Origin: Takakia lepidozioides
Lineage: Eukaryota; Plantae; Bryophyta
Direction of reading: 5' to 3'
DNA length: 64,000 nt
Assembly (NCBI GenBank): GCA_030704615.1
Contig: CM060731.1
Location: forward strand, 60,450,001 to 60,514,000
Within the stretch, counting starts at the first letter, position 1. Every line of letters begins with the position of its first letter. The notes under the pieces are model-generated. The model did not search any database. It saw only the letters and a list, made by a program, of their open reading frames with translations, and had not been told where the DNA came from. Made by a program: the position numbers and the translations under genes. Shown here one piece after another: positions 27,084-44,708 of this stretch.

Positions 27084-28580
27084 AATGATAGCTGTGAGAT
27101 AACGGAGCGTCGTGAGGTGTATGGCTTTAAAGTATTTGTGGATAGGGGAGATGGGGATTTTACAGTTTTTATGAAGTGCACAGATACTGGCATTGTGGAT
27201 GTCACCTTTTGTGTCGGCAGTGATGACGGTAAGTGGACCGGTCCACATTGGTGAATAATGAGGATGAGTGGGGGCATATTTATGGCGTTTGCTAGAGTGA
27301 AGGAGCTGGGGTAGCGGTCGTGGCAGTATGTGGATTCGATAAAGTATCTGGTAAGGGTTGGGGATGGGGCAATAGGCGGGGGGGGGGGGGGGGGGGGTTG
27401 TTTATGAAATGACCTTTCGACTGGGAAGATGTCTGGGCATAGTCTGGCTGGGCCTGTACAATGTGAGTGGGGTTGGCAGACATATGGGAGTAGCCATGTT
27501 GGTACAGTATGGTCATGAGGTCTTCCTTGATAAGTGACAGCATTAATAAGTGAGAACCATCTAGTTTGAGGGCGGCGCAATATGAGTTTATGAATGTGTC
27601 AGACAGCATGGTTATGCCTAGTAATGCGAAGTCTGTGGATGATAGAGTGAGTATACTGGCTGAGGAGGTGAGGTCAAGTATCACGAGTTGCGTGGGTGTG
27701 AAAACAAAATGGGCAGTGCGGGGATGGGTATAGGTGTGGCCAAAAAATGTGTTTGCCCTGGTGGCCTATGTACTTCGCGTATCTGAATTGGAAGATTTGT
27801 CGTATTTGTACATCAGTTATGCCCACCCTAACATTTTTACAAGTTTATCAAATAGCAAATATCAAATGAAAATATATACAATACACATAAAAGATGATAC
27901 CAAAGTTGATACCTCATACTAGTTGGTATTGTGGTCATGATACTCATACTCATACCAACATTTGGACAAATATACATCCACCATTATATAGACCAGACTG
28001 GTATGAAAACTTCATGATTCGTCTAGTACCAGGACCCGTCTGGTACCAGGACCAGACTGGTATGTAAAAAACTTGATTCCAGTCCAACACTGCTCTATAC
28101 CCGCTTATAGTTTTATTCCGTTCTGAAAACATATAACTCCTATGAGCAGGTTTAAAAACATAAAACTCCCATAACCGTGGGTTGTGCTCGGGCGTGAACA
28201 TGCGCTCACAGGATACCAACCCCCGGCCAGCGTGAATGTGCACACTTGGGCCTCGACATAGGAGGATACATTCTTACACTTGAGCTTAGATGATACTGGA
28301 CACCGGGAGGCCGCATTTTGGGAGGTCGCATTGGGCTTCGACATAGAAGATGCACTTGGATACATAGGGGATTGCACTTGGACTAGATTCCATTGGACAC
28401 TTGGGCCAATGGCACAGGCTACCCTATTCTATATTAAAGAAGCATCTCAGAATAGACTAATAACATCAGTCTGCTGGAACGAAACAACCCTTCGAATCTC
28501 TTGATAGACTGCAGCCCACTCACAGAATTCAAGCAGCAAAGATTCGCCCATGACTAGGAAAAGGGACACATTGTCCGCGT

Positions 28581-28895
28581 TTGCTGTGCCGATGGCTTCG
28601 CCCAAACCAATAAAGAGCCAGTAGATCAGAGTTTAATTTCAGCAGTTCCAGTGCCTTGGGACCTGTACTAACATGTCAGTACTCCAGCAACTTAGCAAAA
28701 CATACGCTGTAGATGTCCTAACACATGTACAGCAAAACACATTGCTGTGCTGATGGCTTGGACCAAACCAATTGGAAGGAGCATATCAGAGTTTAATTTC
28801 AGCAGTTGCAGTGCCTAGGGACCTGTACTAACAAGCCGGTACTCCAGCAAGTTGCTGGAGTTAGCAAACACTCGCTGTAGATGTCCCTAACAATG
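28581..28895. repeat. Tandem duplication of a unit of about 160 bp (2 copies) downstream of the helicase gene
   Basis: TGCTGTG.GATGGCTT...ATCAGAGTTTAATTTCAGCAGTT.CAGTGCCT.GGGACCTGTACTAAC...CGCTGTAGATGTCC occurs twice (near 28581 and 28742). Confidence 0.85.
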
Positions 28896-29632
28896 CACAT
28901 AACACCAGAATGCTTAGAAGCACTGCTTGTCCACTAAAGAGATATACAGAAGGAAAAAGCTTTCTCAACGCTAACCATCTTAACAGCTCTAACATACAGC
29001 AGGCGTCACAGGCAGAACAAACCAGAAAATAGAATCTCACCACAATGGAGAAGTACTAATGTGCAAAAGCTCAGTTCCATTCCAATTGTGTCAAAGTAAA
29101 CTCAATAATTGTTCGCTCTTGTACAGGTCAATCAGCAGAACGTGCTAGTTAGAGCCTTGCAAGATTTACTGTACACATGAAAGACATTTAAACTCGGGCG
29201 GCCAATTGAATGAAGGTGACCTACACATACAATCCATGTGCTATGCACATCTGGCAGCCATAAAAAATTAATAATTGTGTCTGTTTGCTGGTGTTGCATC
29301 ACAACCATAGTCTTCTCCCTGGAACTGCTTACCTCCCACTAAGAGTCTCTCTCACATGCTTGAAGGTAACCTGAGAATAGAGGGAGAATACCCCCACCCC
29401 ATCACAAAAAAAGGAAAAAGCATGGCATGAGGAAACAAATGATGATTCAAACCCACTGCGCACTTCGAGACTACTGAGTCACGCCCACCTGTTTGCCAAT
29501 AAGATCTCAGACTCTGCATGCCAAATACTTGACCCAGCACCTTTCAGACAAAATCAGAGGGGTATATCATTCCTCAGATCACAGAAGTTTGACCATGTCA
29601 CACTCTCAAAAGACATTTGTTCATTGCCAGTC

Positions 29633-34414
<4,782 letters not shown>

Positions 34415-36324
34415 CGCCAGACTTACGAAAGGACCTCGAACTTCTCAAAGGGAACGGAGTTACAGATTCTTCGCCAACGACGGACTACTCTGCTTTTGTG
34501 GCTCAGGGGACCGATGCTGGTAGATCACGAAGACGTTGCCTCTCGACCAAACTTCTCTCACAATTTAACACAAGCCAATTACACCTCCAGAACAATTCCC
34601 AGGGGATCAGGATCGGCTTCGACCCCTCCTCCTGATTGAAGAATCCAATCCAGCAGGAGCTTCTAAGGAAGCCAGAAAATTCAGAGGCTCGTGCTAACTA
34701 TGGCAGACGGTACAAGAACTGGGCAATTAAACCCTACACACAGCTCCAGGAGAACAACTCGGATATGTGAGAAGAGAGAATGGATCAAATATCCAAATCT
34801 CAGTCAGACACCAGCCAAGGATTCATCGAGTCGACTGTGACAAGCACACAGACCGATGTAGGCAAGCAAGAAAAGCAGACTCCGACAAGATCTACCTCCA
34901 GAAATCTCAACGAAACGAATAATAAAAGAAACACAACTAGGTAAGAGAACGCGCCCCTATCATGACACTGCAGGCAGATTAAGTGAACAGTAAGGAGGGA
35001 AGATCTCAGAAACAAAAACTGAAGAAACCTCAGAAAGCAAATGACAGCAAGAACAAGAGGATTAGAGCTTGAGTATAGCGAACAACGGACAATCACCTCC
35101 GCAAAGGAGCAGAGGGCGTAAAGGACTAACAAAATAGAAGTGACGAAGAAAAGATTTGCCTAAACGCTGCTACGAGCGAGACCGAAGGAGCCCTGCAGAG
35201 AAGCTAAAGAACACGCAGCGCACCGGGAAAGAAACAGCGCGCGTAAAGTCGGCGGCCGGGCTGTCTCTCTGGAACCCTAAACCTAACCAGGGCTTGCATA
35301 CCCTTGGTTATTGACGTGACGCTCCCAGAGTTTCGCCATGCCGTCTTTTACGCACGCATCTCATATCTCCACACATCTTTCCCGTCCAACGGTTCGGATC
35401 CCCGAATTCCGCCATCGCACGGCGAGATCGCGTACGTCGTGGACGTTTGAGCAGGCGGTGTAGGACGGTTTGGCTGACGCCCCAAGGAAATGGCGAAACG
35501 GAGGCCGTTTGGCTATTCAGTTCTGCTTGCCACGCTCCACACGTGCGATGCCTTCTCGAGCGCGTGCAAGGCTGTCGTCCGTTCGGTTGCTCGGTCACCA
35601 CGGCGACCGGATACCGGCTACATCCGGCGACGAGCACCAAACAAACCGCGGCCGGGGGTATCGCCGCGGTGCACTTTTCAGCCTGCATCTGCGGCCATCC
35701 CTCTTCCACGCTCTCGGTCTTTCCTCCGTCGGATGCACATGCCCCGACAGCCAATCAGTGTGCAGATTTCGACCAAATTGCGGCCTATGGCAGCCTGGCT
35801 TGCTTTGAGGCTGTACGCCTGCCATGTGGCGCGCTGCTGGATTTGCCCAGCCAGGGTGCCCGTGGAGGTCGAGCACGGCCGCGCGGTTTTTCTTTTTGTT
35901 TTGGCACAAGTGAAGGACGGCCGCGCGGTTTCTCTCCTCCATTTTGATGCTTAGAGATGAATAGCCGTTCAAATCTGCAAGGCGAGAGGGTATGGTCTTA
36001 CCTACCCGGGTTTATATCAGTATTGATACCCGAGTTGGACCTATATATCGGTCCAACACTGGTTATAACTGGTCATACATTTTGGCAACTTCAGGCTCCT
36101 GATATTTAACTAGTGGTGCTCGTGGCGAATGTTTTGGACCCCCCATAATCCTTTTGTACAAGCCGCTGACCCATTTCTTAGGCCAAAATCTGGCGATTTT
36201 TCTTTCACCAGAGAAATTATGAGATCATTACACGGGTTGGTCTAGTAGTAATCCCAAATATGCTTTTTCAGGAGCATTATGGTCCGCAGCCGACTTTTAC
36301 GGCCAGAGTCTTCTCTCTCTCGTC

Positions 36325-36428
36325 TGCAATGTCTGTTTGTGGAGCGGTGTTGAGCGACGGAGGAGGTCGTGGTGGTAATTAGTCTGTTGTTGACTTTTTC
36401 GGTATAATTTCGGAGTAGATTTTTTATT
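36325..36428 (+). repeat. Dispersed direct repeat of about 100 bp, second copy at 42311-42412
   Basis: TGCAATGT.TGTTTGTGGAG...GGAGGAGGTCGTGGTGGTAATTAGTCTG...GACTTTTTC.GTATAATTTCGGAGTAGATTTTT is present at both sites. Confidence 0.9.
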
Positions 36429-38499
36429 GGCCCTGCCCTCAGGGAGAGACTACGCAATTGGTTTCTCCGGCTTGTCACGGGACCAACTTTTTGAGGGACC
36501 AATGTTTTTGTTGGATGACATGACAATGATTGTCATCCATTGTGAGTTATGATCCGGAAGGGTCTAAGGTTTGATCGCAAGGATTGGATATTTTTCACTT
36601 GATTATACGGCAATCACAATAGCTCGATCTCGACACGAAGACTCTATGCCCCTGCTCCGTTAGTTCTGCAAGTGCATAGTATCACCACGCAGTTTCGAAG
36701 TTTTCTTGTTGTCAAGAGTTTTTATCAAATGATCCAACAATAAAACTGGCTAGTACGCTACTTCGTAAATTCGCAGTTGGGCCATATTTGTGGAGCCAGT
36801 TCAAGGAAAAAGAGGTGTCTATCCTGCTGTTGCATCCTTCCTCCGTGGACTCCGTGAATTGTGTGAACGAAACTGATGCTCTTCTTGTCTTCGATGAGGT
36901 GGGACTCTCAATATCTTTCCACCTCTCTTTGCTTTATTATGTTTGTGTGACAAAACTTTTGTTGGCATAATTTCCCCATGGAATTAGTGTGGAGAAGTGT
37001 TTACGGTTAGGTTGGTTGTTTTTGTAATGGTATGCAATTGTAGAGCCTCTTTGTGACACTCATAGCCTCTTCCTTCCTGAAATTTTCTGGAACAGAGTAG
37101 AGAGTGGCAGAATGGAGCCAACAGGACAGGGAGATTGAGTTCCCATATGAGCCAATCCACTCTATGCCCAGTCATTTTGCCTTCCCCATCCCTTGTCTTG
37201 CCGTTGCAGTATCAAATCTAAGTGTCTTGAGTAGACTCAGAGATCTCACAGAATACTTGACTGGCGGCCAGTTTGCAGTGATCTAGGTTGGAAGTAACAA
37301 CTGAAGACTCTAAACAATTAGCAGTGGCTGATACATGAAGCAGAGGAAACTACCGGTACATCTTTTCGTTCTTTTAAGGACCTGAATGCAATGCAGGTGC
37401 AATGTAGGCTGGGTCGAACAGGCCTCCTCTGGGCCCATAAAGCATACGTTGTATAATCATTTGACATTGTATACCAATAAAATATACCACTAAAGTAGCC
37501 TTGGATCTTGTGAATTTGGTTTGTCGCTTGGGAAAGTCTTGGGATTCAAGATTTTTACCAGTCTATTTCTATCTCTGAATTCTATCAAAAGGCATATGAA
37601 CTTACGGTGACATAACATAGAGTGTTCCCAACTTGTTCCCAAGTCTAGAAATAGGTCTGTTTACTTGAACACTTCACATATGTGGACCACTTATCAATTC
37701 ATTGTAAGTCTGAGCCCTAAAAGTATTTTTTTGTGGCTTCACACCATGACTTTTCAACAAAGAAATGCTTAAGTGGAGTTGGGTAGATAACTGGTGGCAG
37801 AGAGGCATCCATATCTTACGTATTTTGGCAACCTGGCATACAGGCACCGGGATTTTTAGAGGACGTGGTAGCCAAAAGGCACCACCTCCGCACTCAGTTG
37901 AAAGAGAGGTTGGGTGGAAATCCCCATATGAGGCTTGGTGAGCCGAATGGCATACATGGCCATGAGGCGGACTCCAACTTTGATAGGCCGGAAGCTGCTT
38001 CTTGACACACATTGATCATTCAAGTTCTTGCCATGGAAGCAATTTGACATTAGCCATCAGTAATAAGCCATAAGCAATCAGCAAAGCCACTTGGCATTTG
38101 CCGAAGTGACAAAGCAAAAACTCATAAATGATTACATATTAAATTTATTTATCAACTTCTGTTGTCGTTTGTCTATATCATAATTTTAATACAGTAATAA
38201 TGTAAATATACAAAATCCACAGTTTCAATAACAAATCATAGACATTGTTTTAGTTTTCCAGAATTGTTTCCTATATGACACAATAAATTTGCTTAAGTAA
38301 TAAGAAACTTGTTTTTCCGATACGATTGGTTAAATGAGATTTATTCCCTAATATTACGGCATCGTGTCATTCAACGCTTAAAAGATTTGAATTCAAATGA
38401 TTCACGACTGATTATGCATCCCAATTTTATATTTAGTACATGAACTATACAAATACTTTACGAAGTCATAGTATCAAAATATCAGATAGAGATAACTCA

Positions 38500-38965
38500 A
38501 ATAGAGCATCCAATTATGCTATAGTTATCTCAGTTAATTTTGCTCAATTAACATAAATTAGTTTCAATTAACTCTTACTCAAGTACCAGAAATAGCAGTC
38601 AGAGATATTTCAGCATCTAGTTATGCTATATTTATCTTATCTATTTCTGCTTAGTTTCCTTAAGTTAGCTTCAATTAGGAGTGACTTGTTATAGTGGCAG
38701 AATAGCAACTACAAATAACTAAGCATCCAGTTATGCTATAGTTATCTCAGCTAATTCTACTCAGTTACCTCAAATTAGCGACTCAAATCATAGTACCAGA
38801 ATAACAACTGGAGATAATTCAAGTTCAGCATACACTTATGTTATAATTATCTCAACTAATTTTGTTTATTTATTTTAAGTTAGTTTCAGTTAATAATGAC
38901 TCAGTTAGAGTCAGTTGGAGATAAATCAAGTTCAGTATCTAATTATGTCATAGTCATCTCATCTA
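38500..38965. repeat. Degenerate AT-rich tandem array (unit about 105 bp, about 5 copies) upstream of the Helitron coding remnant
   Basis: Variants of GCATCCAATTATGCTATAGTTATCTCAG near 38506, 38612, 38723, 38828 and 38934. Confidence 0.7.
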
Positions 38966-39070
38966 ATTCTGCCATAGATCTTAAGTATAAATAGGGAGAG
39001 CTTAGAGGGGGAATAACAGTTTCTTGTAATCCTGTTGACAATACATTTCCATGCATTAGAATGAAAAAAG

Positions 39071-40923
39071 ATGGTGAGCCTAAGAGTTACTACAATTGAC
39101 AGTTTGGCTCTCAATCTGCAAGGACGTATATTCGAAGGTTGTATCATCAATCGGTATGGATCGTTTGTTAGAGGTACAGAAGGACAATCCCTGCTCTTTC
39201 TACATTGTGATGTTACTGATGAAGATGGTTACAGTACGGTTACTATAACTCTAGAAGAGCTGATGGCGAATGTGCATTCGCCTAAATTGAAAGTGAACAA
39301 TCATGTGCGTTGGTGATTTTTATCAAGTTCCTCCAGTTAGATACGCTTGGATATCCAAAATGGAAGAAGACACCACTAATATATGTAACGTTATTTAATA
39401 CAAGTCATGAGACAAAAATGATCAAACATTTATTGAAATTTTTAAATCGATTCAGGACAACAACACACGCCGACGACGACATTAAGAACATGAATGATGT
39501 TTGGCATAGACCACCGCCATCAGATCTAACACTTCATCATTTATTTTACACAAATGCACGTACTCAAGCATATAATGAAATTATTTTCAATAAAACAGAA
39601 GGACAAGTTTTTTCATTCGAAGCAATAGACGTCCACCATTCTTCATGCCCTTGTTACATCAAAACTCCTTTAGACGCAAATAAAACTGCGGGCTTACATT
39701 TGTACGCGTTAAACCCAACATGTTAGTGGAATTATGTGGAGGCAATTACAATATCCAAGATGGCTTAGTAAATGGAGCTAAGGGAATTTTCAAACTTGGC
39801 ACAACTTCACCACCGCACCCATTGATTTGGATAAATTTTTCTAATAAACGAATAGGATGTGAAACACGAGCCTCATATTCGTACTAGTATCAAAGTAACG
39901 ATGACATATGCAAATCTTGGACTCCGATTGCAGCCAAAACCAAAGAAATTCAATTTGCAGATAATCCTGACCATGTAATAACTCGTACTCAATTCCTGAT
40001 TTAACTTACAGCAACACATACTATACATAGAGCACAATGATTAACCATGGATTGTCTTGCATTTGATCCGACAAATGTAAATAGCCACGGACTAACATAC
40101 ACAACAATATCACGTACAAAAGAAAGGCAAAATTTATATCTCTTAGCTCATTTACAAGACAACAATTTCCATGTAGACAATAACATACGTGAAGAAACAC
40201 ACAGACTACAAACAATATGGAACAATATGGACACCAAATTTACAACACATATATCGTACACATCTAATCATACAATCACTGAATACGCGTTCAATGCACA
40301 ACCACTATTGTGACATAATGACCGATTATAATCTACGAACATCTCATATATTATATTTAAATAAAACTCGATTGCATCCAAACGATCAAAATTGGTCGCT
40401 ATACATACCGAACAATTGTTTCTCAAGAATGTCTTGTTACGATGGTTTCATGGCACAACTATTTTATACGATAATACTGCTTTACTACAATCATACGAAA
40501 CATGATGGCGTGGAATTTATTGCTACAACTTTCAATGTGAATTCTCGTAGAGCAATACACGTAATTGCAATATATAAACCTCATTTACTTTCCCTTCATA
40601 AAATTATACATGTATTACAAAAATTATATGATAAAGCACCAAAAATTTGCCCAACAATGTTTATAGGAGATTTTCATATCAACCTTTGTAAACCTAACAA
40701 CGAATCTAAATCACTTTGTTCATTCATGACAAGTCACCATTTCCATCTTACATTCAACGAATCTACAACAACTTACAATTCTCAATTAGATCATATATGG
40801 ATTACTGCACCTACACATCAATCTTTATCCGGAACAAAAGAAGCATATTGGACCGACCACAAATCAATTTACCTCGCATTTAAATTTCCAGATTATGTTA
40901 ATCATTTCACAACCAATTCATAA
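39071..40923 (+). pseudogene. Helitron/Helentron coding remnant: PIF1-type helicase C-terminus fused to an AP-endonuclease (EEP) domain; possible OB-fold fragment at 39071-39316
   Basis: Helicase: LFYTN..TQAYN, GNYNIQDGLVNGAKG, TRTQF.I*L..THTIHRAQ*LT, GLTYTTISR. Immediately followed by SLNTRSM, ILYLNKTRL, AIYKP, IGDFHIN, TT..SQLDHIW, WTDHKSIY (EEP motifs). Confidence 0.85.
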
Positions 40924-42629
40924 CTATGTCAGGGCAGGGCTTGCATGTAACCATGCATTTGTTAAAAAATAATGTTGAACAGTCCTGCCCCGGCACGGGG
41001 GAGAGAGCGGGCGGGCGGGGGCTGATCCCGGGACTGGGCTGGAGTCGGGTCGGGGGGGAGGAACGTCGGGTTTGGGCACTCCGTTTTGCATGGCCACAGC
41101 CGAAATATTGTCTTCCGTCACGTCTCGTCAGGGCGCACCATTGGAGTTCACCATTGGAGTTGCAGCAGTTGGTCTCAACTAGTGGATCATGACATCAAGG
41201 TTGGAGAGCGTGATGACAAAGATCGAAGTTGTGGAGTCCAAGGTTGGAGCTGTAGAGTAGACCTACCGTGGTTACTGATATGAATTGAGCAGCTACTAGT
41301 TTGACAGTTGAAATGCATAGTAGATATGCATTTGGATTGAAAACTCATTGATCATAATATGATTTTCGACTTCAAGATGAGGATCACTCCATGGATGGTT
41401 GAGATGCATGCAAACTTTGTAAGAATACAATGATAAAAAAAATCCATGGAATTCTATTACTCCAGCTACATGCTAATATGTAATTAAATGCAAAAATCTA
41501 AAGTTACAAACCACCAACATACTGAGTGATTGTTCTATTAGATCATAAATATCTTAAGAAAGGTGGACGCGGCGTTGCTAAAGATGGATTCCCTCGACTT
41601 TAAGTTGTCTACGAAAATTGAGGTACTCTCCGACGAGTTCAAGGCGCTCTCCAGCAAAATTGACAACATCCTTAACAAGCGTGTTTGATTGGGAGTGAAG
41701 GATGGTGGTTGATGGTATTGAGATTTTGGAGTTGAGCAGTTGGATTTTAGAATCTTCTACGTCGCCACTACCACTTCCTCAAGGGTCTAGTGTTCTAGGT
41801 CATGTATCTTCTCTGGCAATTTGAGCTAAAATTTTGTAAGCACCTGATAGTGACCTATTGACCATTCACAAGGCCTTGTAGTCTTTCGTTTTATCAGAAA
41901 CCATTCCTCCGTTGGTGCACAGATGCACTCTTCCGTTGTCCATATTGCATGAAGTGAGTGCACGGATTTGTCCACACTGTGCAGAGTGGAGTCTACTTGT
42001 GTACAGAGCTTGGTCGTGATGTGGTGTGAGGATAATTGAAGATAGTGTTCGGAGTGTTGTCTTGAGTTCTTCTTCTGTTTGACGTATGACTTCTGAAAAG
42101 CATCATTTTTGTTCATATTTGACGCTGTTTCCAGACGACAACAAAAATTTAAAGCCTGTGGAGCATGATAAGTTCTTGCCGATGTTTTGAAAATTTAGTA
42201 CTACGAGTCCGCATTTCTCGTACTGCGTCTGTGATATATATATATATATATATATATAGTTTTTGACCTTTTAACGACTGTGCATTTCTGACATTACGTT
42301 TGAGATCGGGTGCAATGTATGTTTGTGGAGGGCTGTTGAGCGATGGAGGAGGTCGTGGTGGTAATTAGTCTGTGTTGACTTTTTCAGTATAATTTCGGAG
42401 TAGATTTTTATTTAAAAAAATGAAGTAGAAAATATTTTGTTATGAAGAAGATAAGCGTGTTTTGAAACTTCGATGGAGACGCAATTTTGAAAGAGTACAT
42501 GATTCTGTCTTTGAGGACAAATTATATATGATTATGAGCATGGATGGGTCGTCAAAATATTAAAAAATGAGACGTATTTCCGTGGATTACTGCAAAACGA
42601 CCCTATATCCAAGGAAGCCAAAAAATGAC

Positions 42630-42929
42630 AATATGAGGGTCATTGTCCCTGTTTTGTAAAAACAAAAATTAAATAAATTAAATAAAAAAACATTGTTGTC
42701 TGGTATGCGCCGGTGCGTACGAAATATGAGGGCCACTGTCCCCTGTTTTGTAAGACAAAGGATTTTTATTTATTTTTAAAAAAAAATTATTGTTGTCTGG
42801 TATGCGCCGGCGCATACGAAATATGAGGGCCACTGTCCCTGTATTGTAAAACAAAAAAAATAATACATATCGCTACACAACTACATCGCTGTCCGAAACC
42901 ACACAACACATGTGTACGCCACACACTAG
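42630..42929 (+). mobile_element. Helitron-type 3' terminus with tandemly repeated hairpin units
   Basis: About 2.5 copies of a roughly 95-bp unit containing the palindrome GTATGCGCCGGCGCATAC; terminal palindrome ACACATGTGT (42906-42915) followed by CTAG (42926-42929) and T. Confidence 0.7.
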
Positions 42930-43281
42930 TATACCACTAGTCCACCACTAGTCCAACCACTAGGCTACAACTAGTCAGTCACTAGGCTGCCACTATGTTG
43001 CCCACTATGGCAGTCACTAGTCCACACAATCGCCCCCCTAGCTGGTGCTTAGGTCCCTTTAAGTCCAGGTAGCCACAAAATGTAATAGTGATCATAGCCT
43101 CACTAAGTCCTCCACCACTGTACACTCAAACTCGATAGATCAAGAGGCCGGGTACAAGAGTTGTCCCATCGTTAGTCGTCGTCTTGCAACCTGTGAACTT
43201 GAGCCTGGGATCTCGTGTATTGACTCCTATGAGTTTGGTCTCCCATGTCTTGTTAGCTGCCTCTAGTCATGTCCACTTCCA

Positions 43282-44706
43282 CTATTCTAAGCAGTGTGGA
43301 CATAACCAATCTCCATCAGGAACCCTCTCAAGGGGTGGTGTCAAGCATTCCATATGCCAACCTCTTGAGCATCGATCACACACCAGCATGGTGGCTGCCC
43401 CTTTGGCAGACCCACAGAGCATGCACCTCAAACCTGTAGGTACCACTGCCAAGTTTTGGTCAACTCTGCCATCAACATTAATGGGAAGGTGACATGGCGC
43501 ACAATTACGCACATGGTCTTTCCAAGTCATGCCATCCCGACCCTTCAAGATCAGGACTCCTGAGGGCAACACCTCTCGAACCCTCAGAATAACACGCCCT
43601 GCAGTGACATCCAGGGTCGTAGGAGCAGTCTGCTGTAAATAAACATAGTCACCCGGGCTAAACCGCCGAACCACAGGATGATATCCTCCATCACATATAG
43701 TGGCATACCTCAACGTATTACGGTGTTGTGCAATGACAAAGTTCTCAAAAGCCATGGGCATGACTTTCTTGAACAACTCTGCACGCTGATCACATGCACG
43801 TACCCACACGTCCGGATCGTCAAGGTTAGGGACTTGAGCAGTGTCCCTACGAATGGTTGCAGGCAAATCCGGCTCTCGGCCAAAGAGAAGGAAATATTGT
43901 GAGAAGGAGGCAAGTGATGCTTGTTTGCTGAACCTATAGCCCATGGCTAACCAAGGCACCTGAAGATCCCAATCTCCTAGGTGTCCCTTCTGCAAGCCAT
44001 ACTTGCGCAAACCCCTCTTCACCGTCTGAACAATTCTCTCTGCCAAGCCATCGGCCTCAGGATGATCCCGAGAAGTGGTGCAGTGGTCTATGAAGGCTTT
44101 ATCACACAAAGCCTGAAACTCCCCCAATAACTCTCTCCCTTGGTCCGTGAGTACCTCAGCTGGAGCACCAAATCGGCTAAGCACACGATCCAAGAATGCA
44201 TACGCAGCCCCCTCACTAGCCTTGTCAGGCAATGGAACCAACTCAATCCACTTAGAGAAGTGCTCCACCATTACCAACACATATCTGTGGTGGCGCATAG
44301 TCAGTGGCAACGGTCCTGCGAAGTCAAGACTCCACCTGTAGCCCAATCCCATGATTGGTAAATGATGCAACTGTGGTGTAGGGGCGTTGAATGAAGCACA
44401 CACCCTGTCACACACCATGCACCTAGCCACGAACTGTTGCACCTCTGTATCCATACCATGTCACCAATACTGCCCCTATAGTAAATTGTGAGTGCGTCGC
44501 ACTCCAAAATGCCCCAACTCCTCATGGGCATGCCGCACTAACCGTGCACGCTGTGTGGGGTGAGGCACAATCCTCCCCCGACCATCCTCCCATACTCGGA
44601 GCAGGTGTATCCCCTCCCACTTGAACCTATTGGCTCGTTGCAGGATCCGATCCCTCTCCTTGGCAGTCACAGTGGCTGTCGTGTCTCCAGTACGGAGGTA
44701 GTCCAT
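43282..44706 (-). pseudogene. Ty3/Gypsy integrase (HHCC + DDE core + PHD)
   Basis: HEELGH...CMVC zinc finger; WSLDF, VEHFSKW, VLTDQG, DGLAERIVQTVK. Confidence 0.95.
43291..43425 (-). other. PHD finger (C4-H-C3) at the integrase C-terminus
   Basis: CMLC-x11-CDRC-x4-H-x2-C-LTPPLERVPDGDWL-CPHC, in the same open frame (43282-44454) as the integrase core. Confidence 0.95.
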
Positions 44707-44708
44707 GT

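Larger units (their letters stand above)
20655..27821 (-). mobile_element. 3' fragment of an RLE-type (restriction-like endonuclease) non-LTR retrotransposon, split into three pieces (27821-27084, 26266-26180, 20752-20655) by later insertions
   Basis: Minus strand reads QIFQFRYAKYIG...CPFC...DT*PHLL...ITRHNHAV...VPTWLLP...RLCPDIF...FIESTYCHD...PLTVITADTKGDIH...YLTAII|TNKRQLE...RHLLFS*: zinc knuckle, RHN, PD and E motifs. Followed by a hairpin-rich 3' UTR ending in (TC)n. Confidence 0.72.

Noticed and set aside
27292-27684. Ulp1-like protease suggested by LSDTFINSY in the listed ORF
   Set aside because: A different frame of the same strand gives a much better knuckle/RHN/PD endonuclease match, and no Ulp1 catalytic triad is visible.
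35308-35972. Several overlapping 110-166 aa ORFs upstream of the helicase
   Set aside because: This is a GC-rich, palindrome-rich promoter or TE-end region that is open in many frames on both strands, with no protein motifs.
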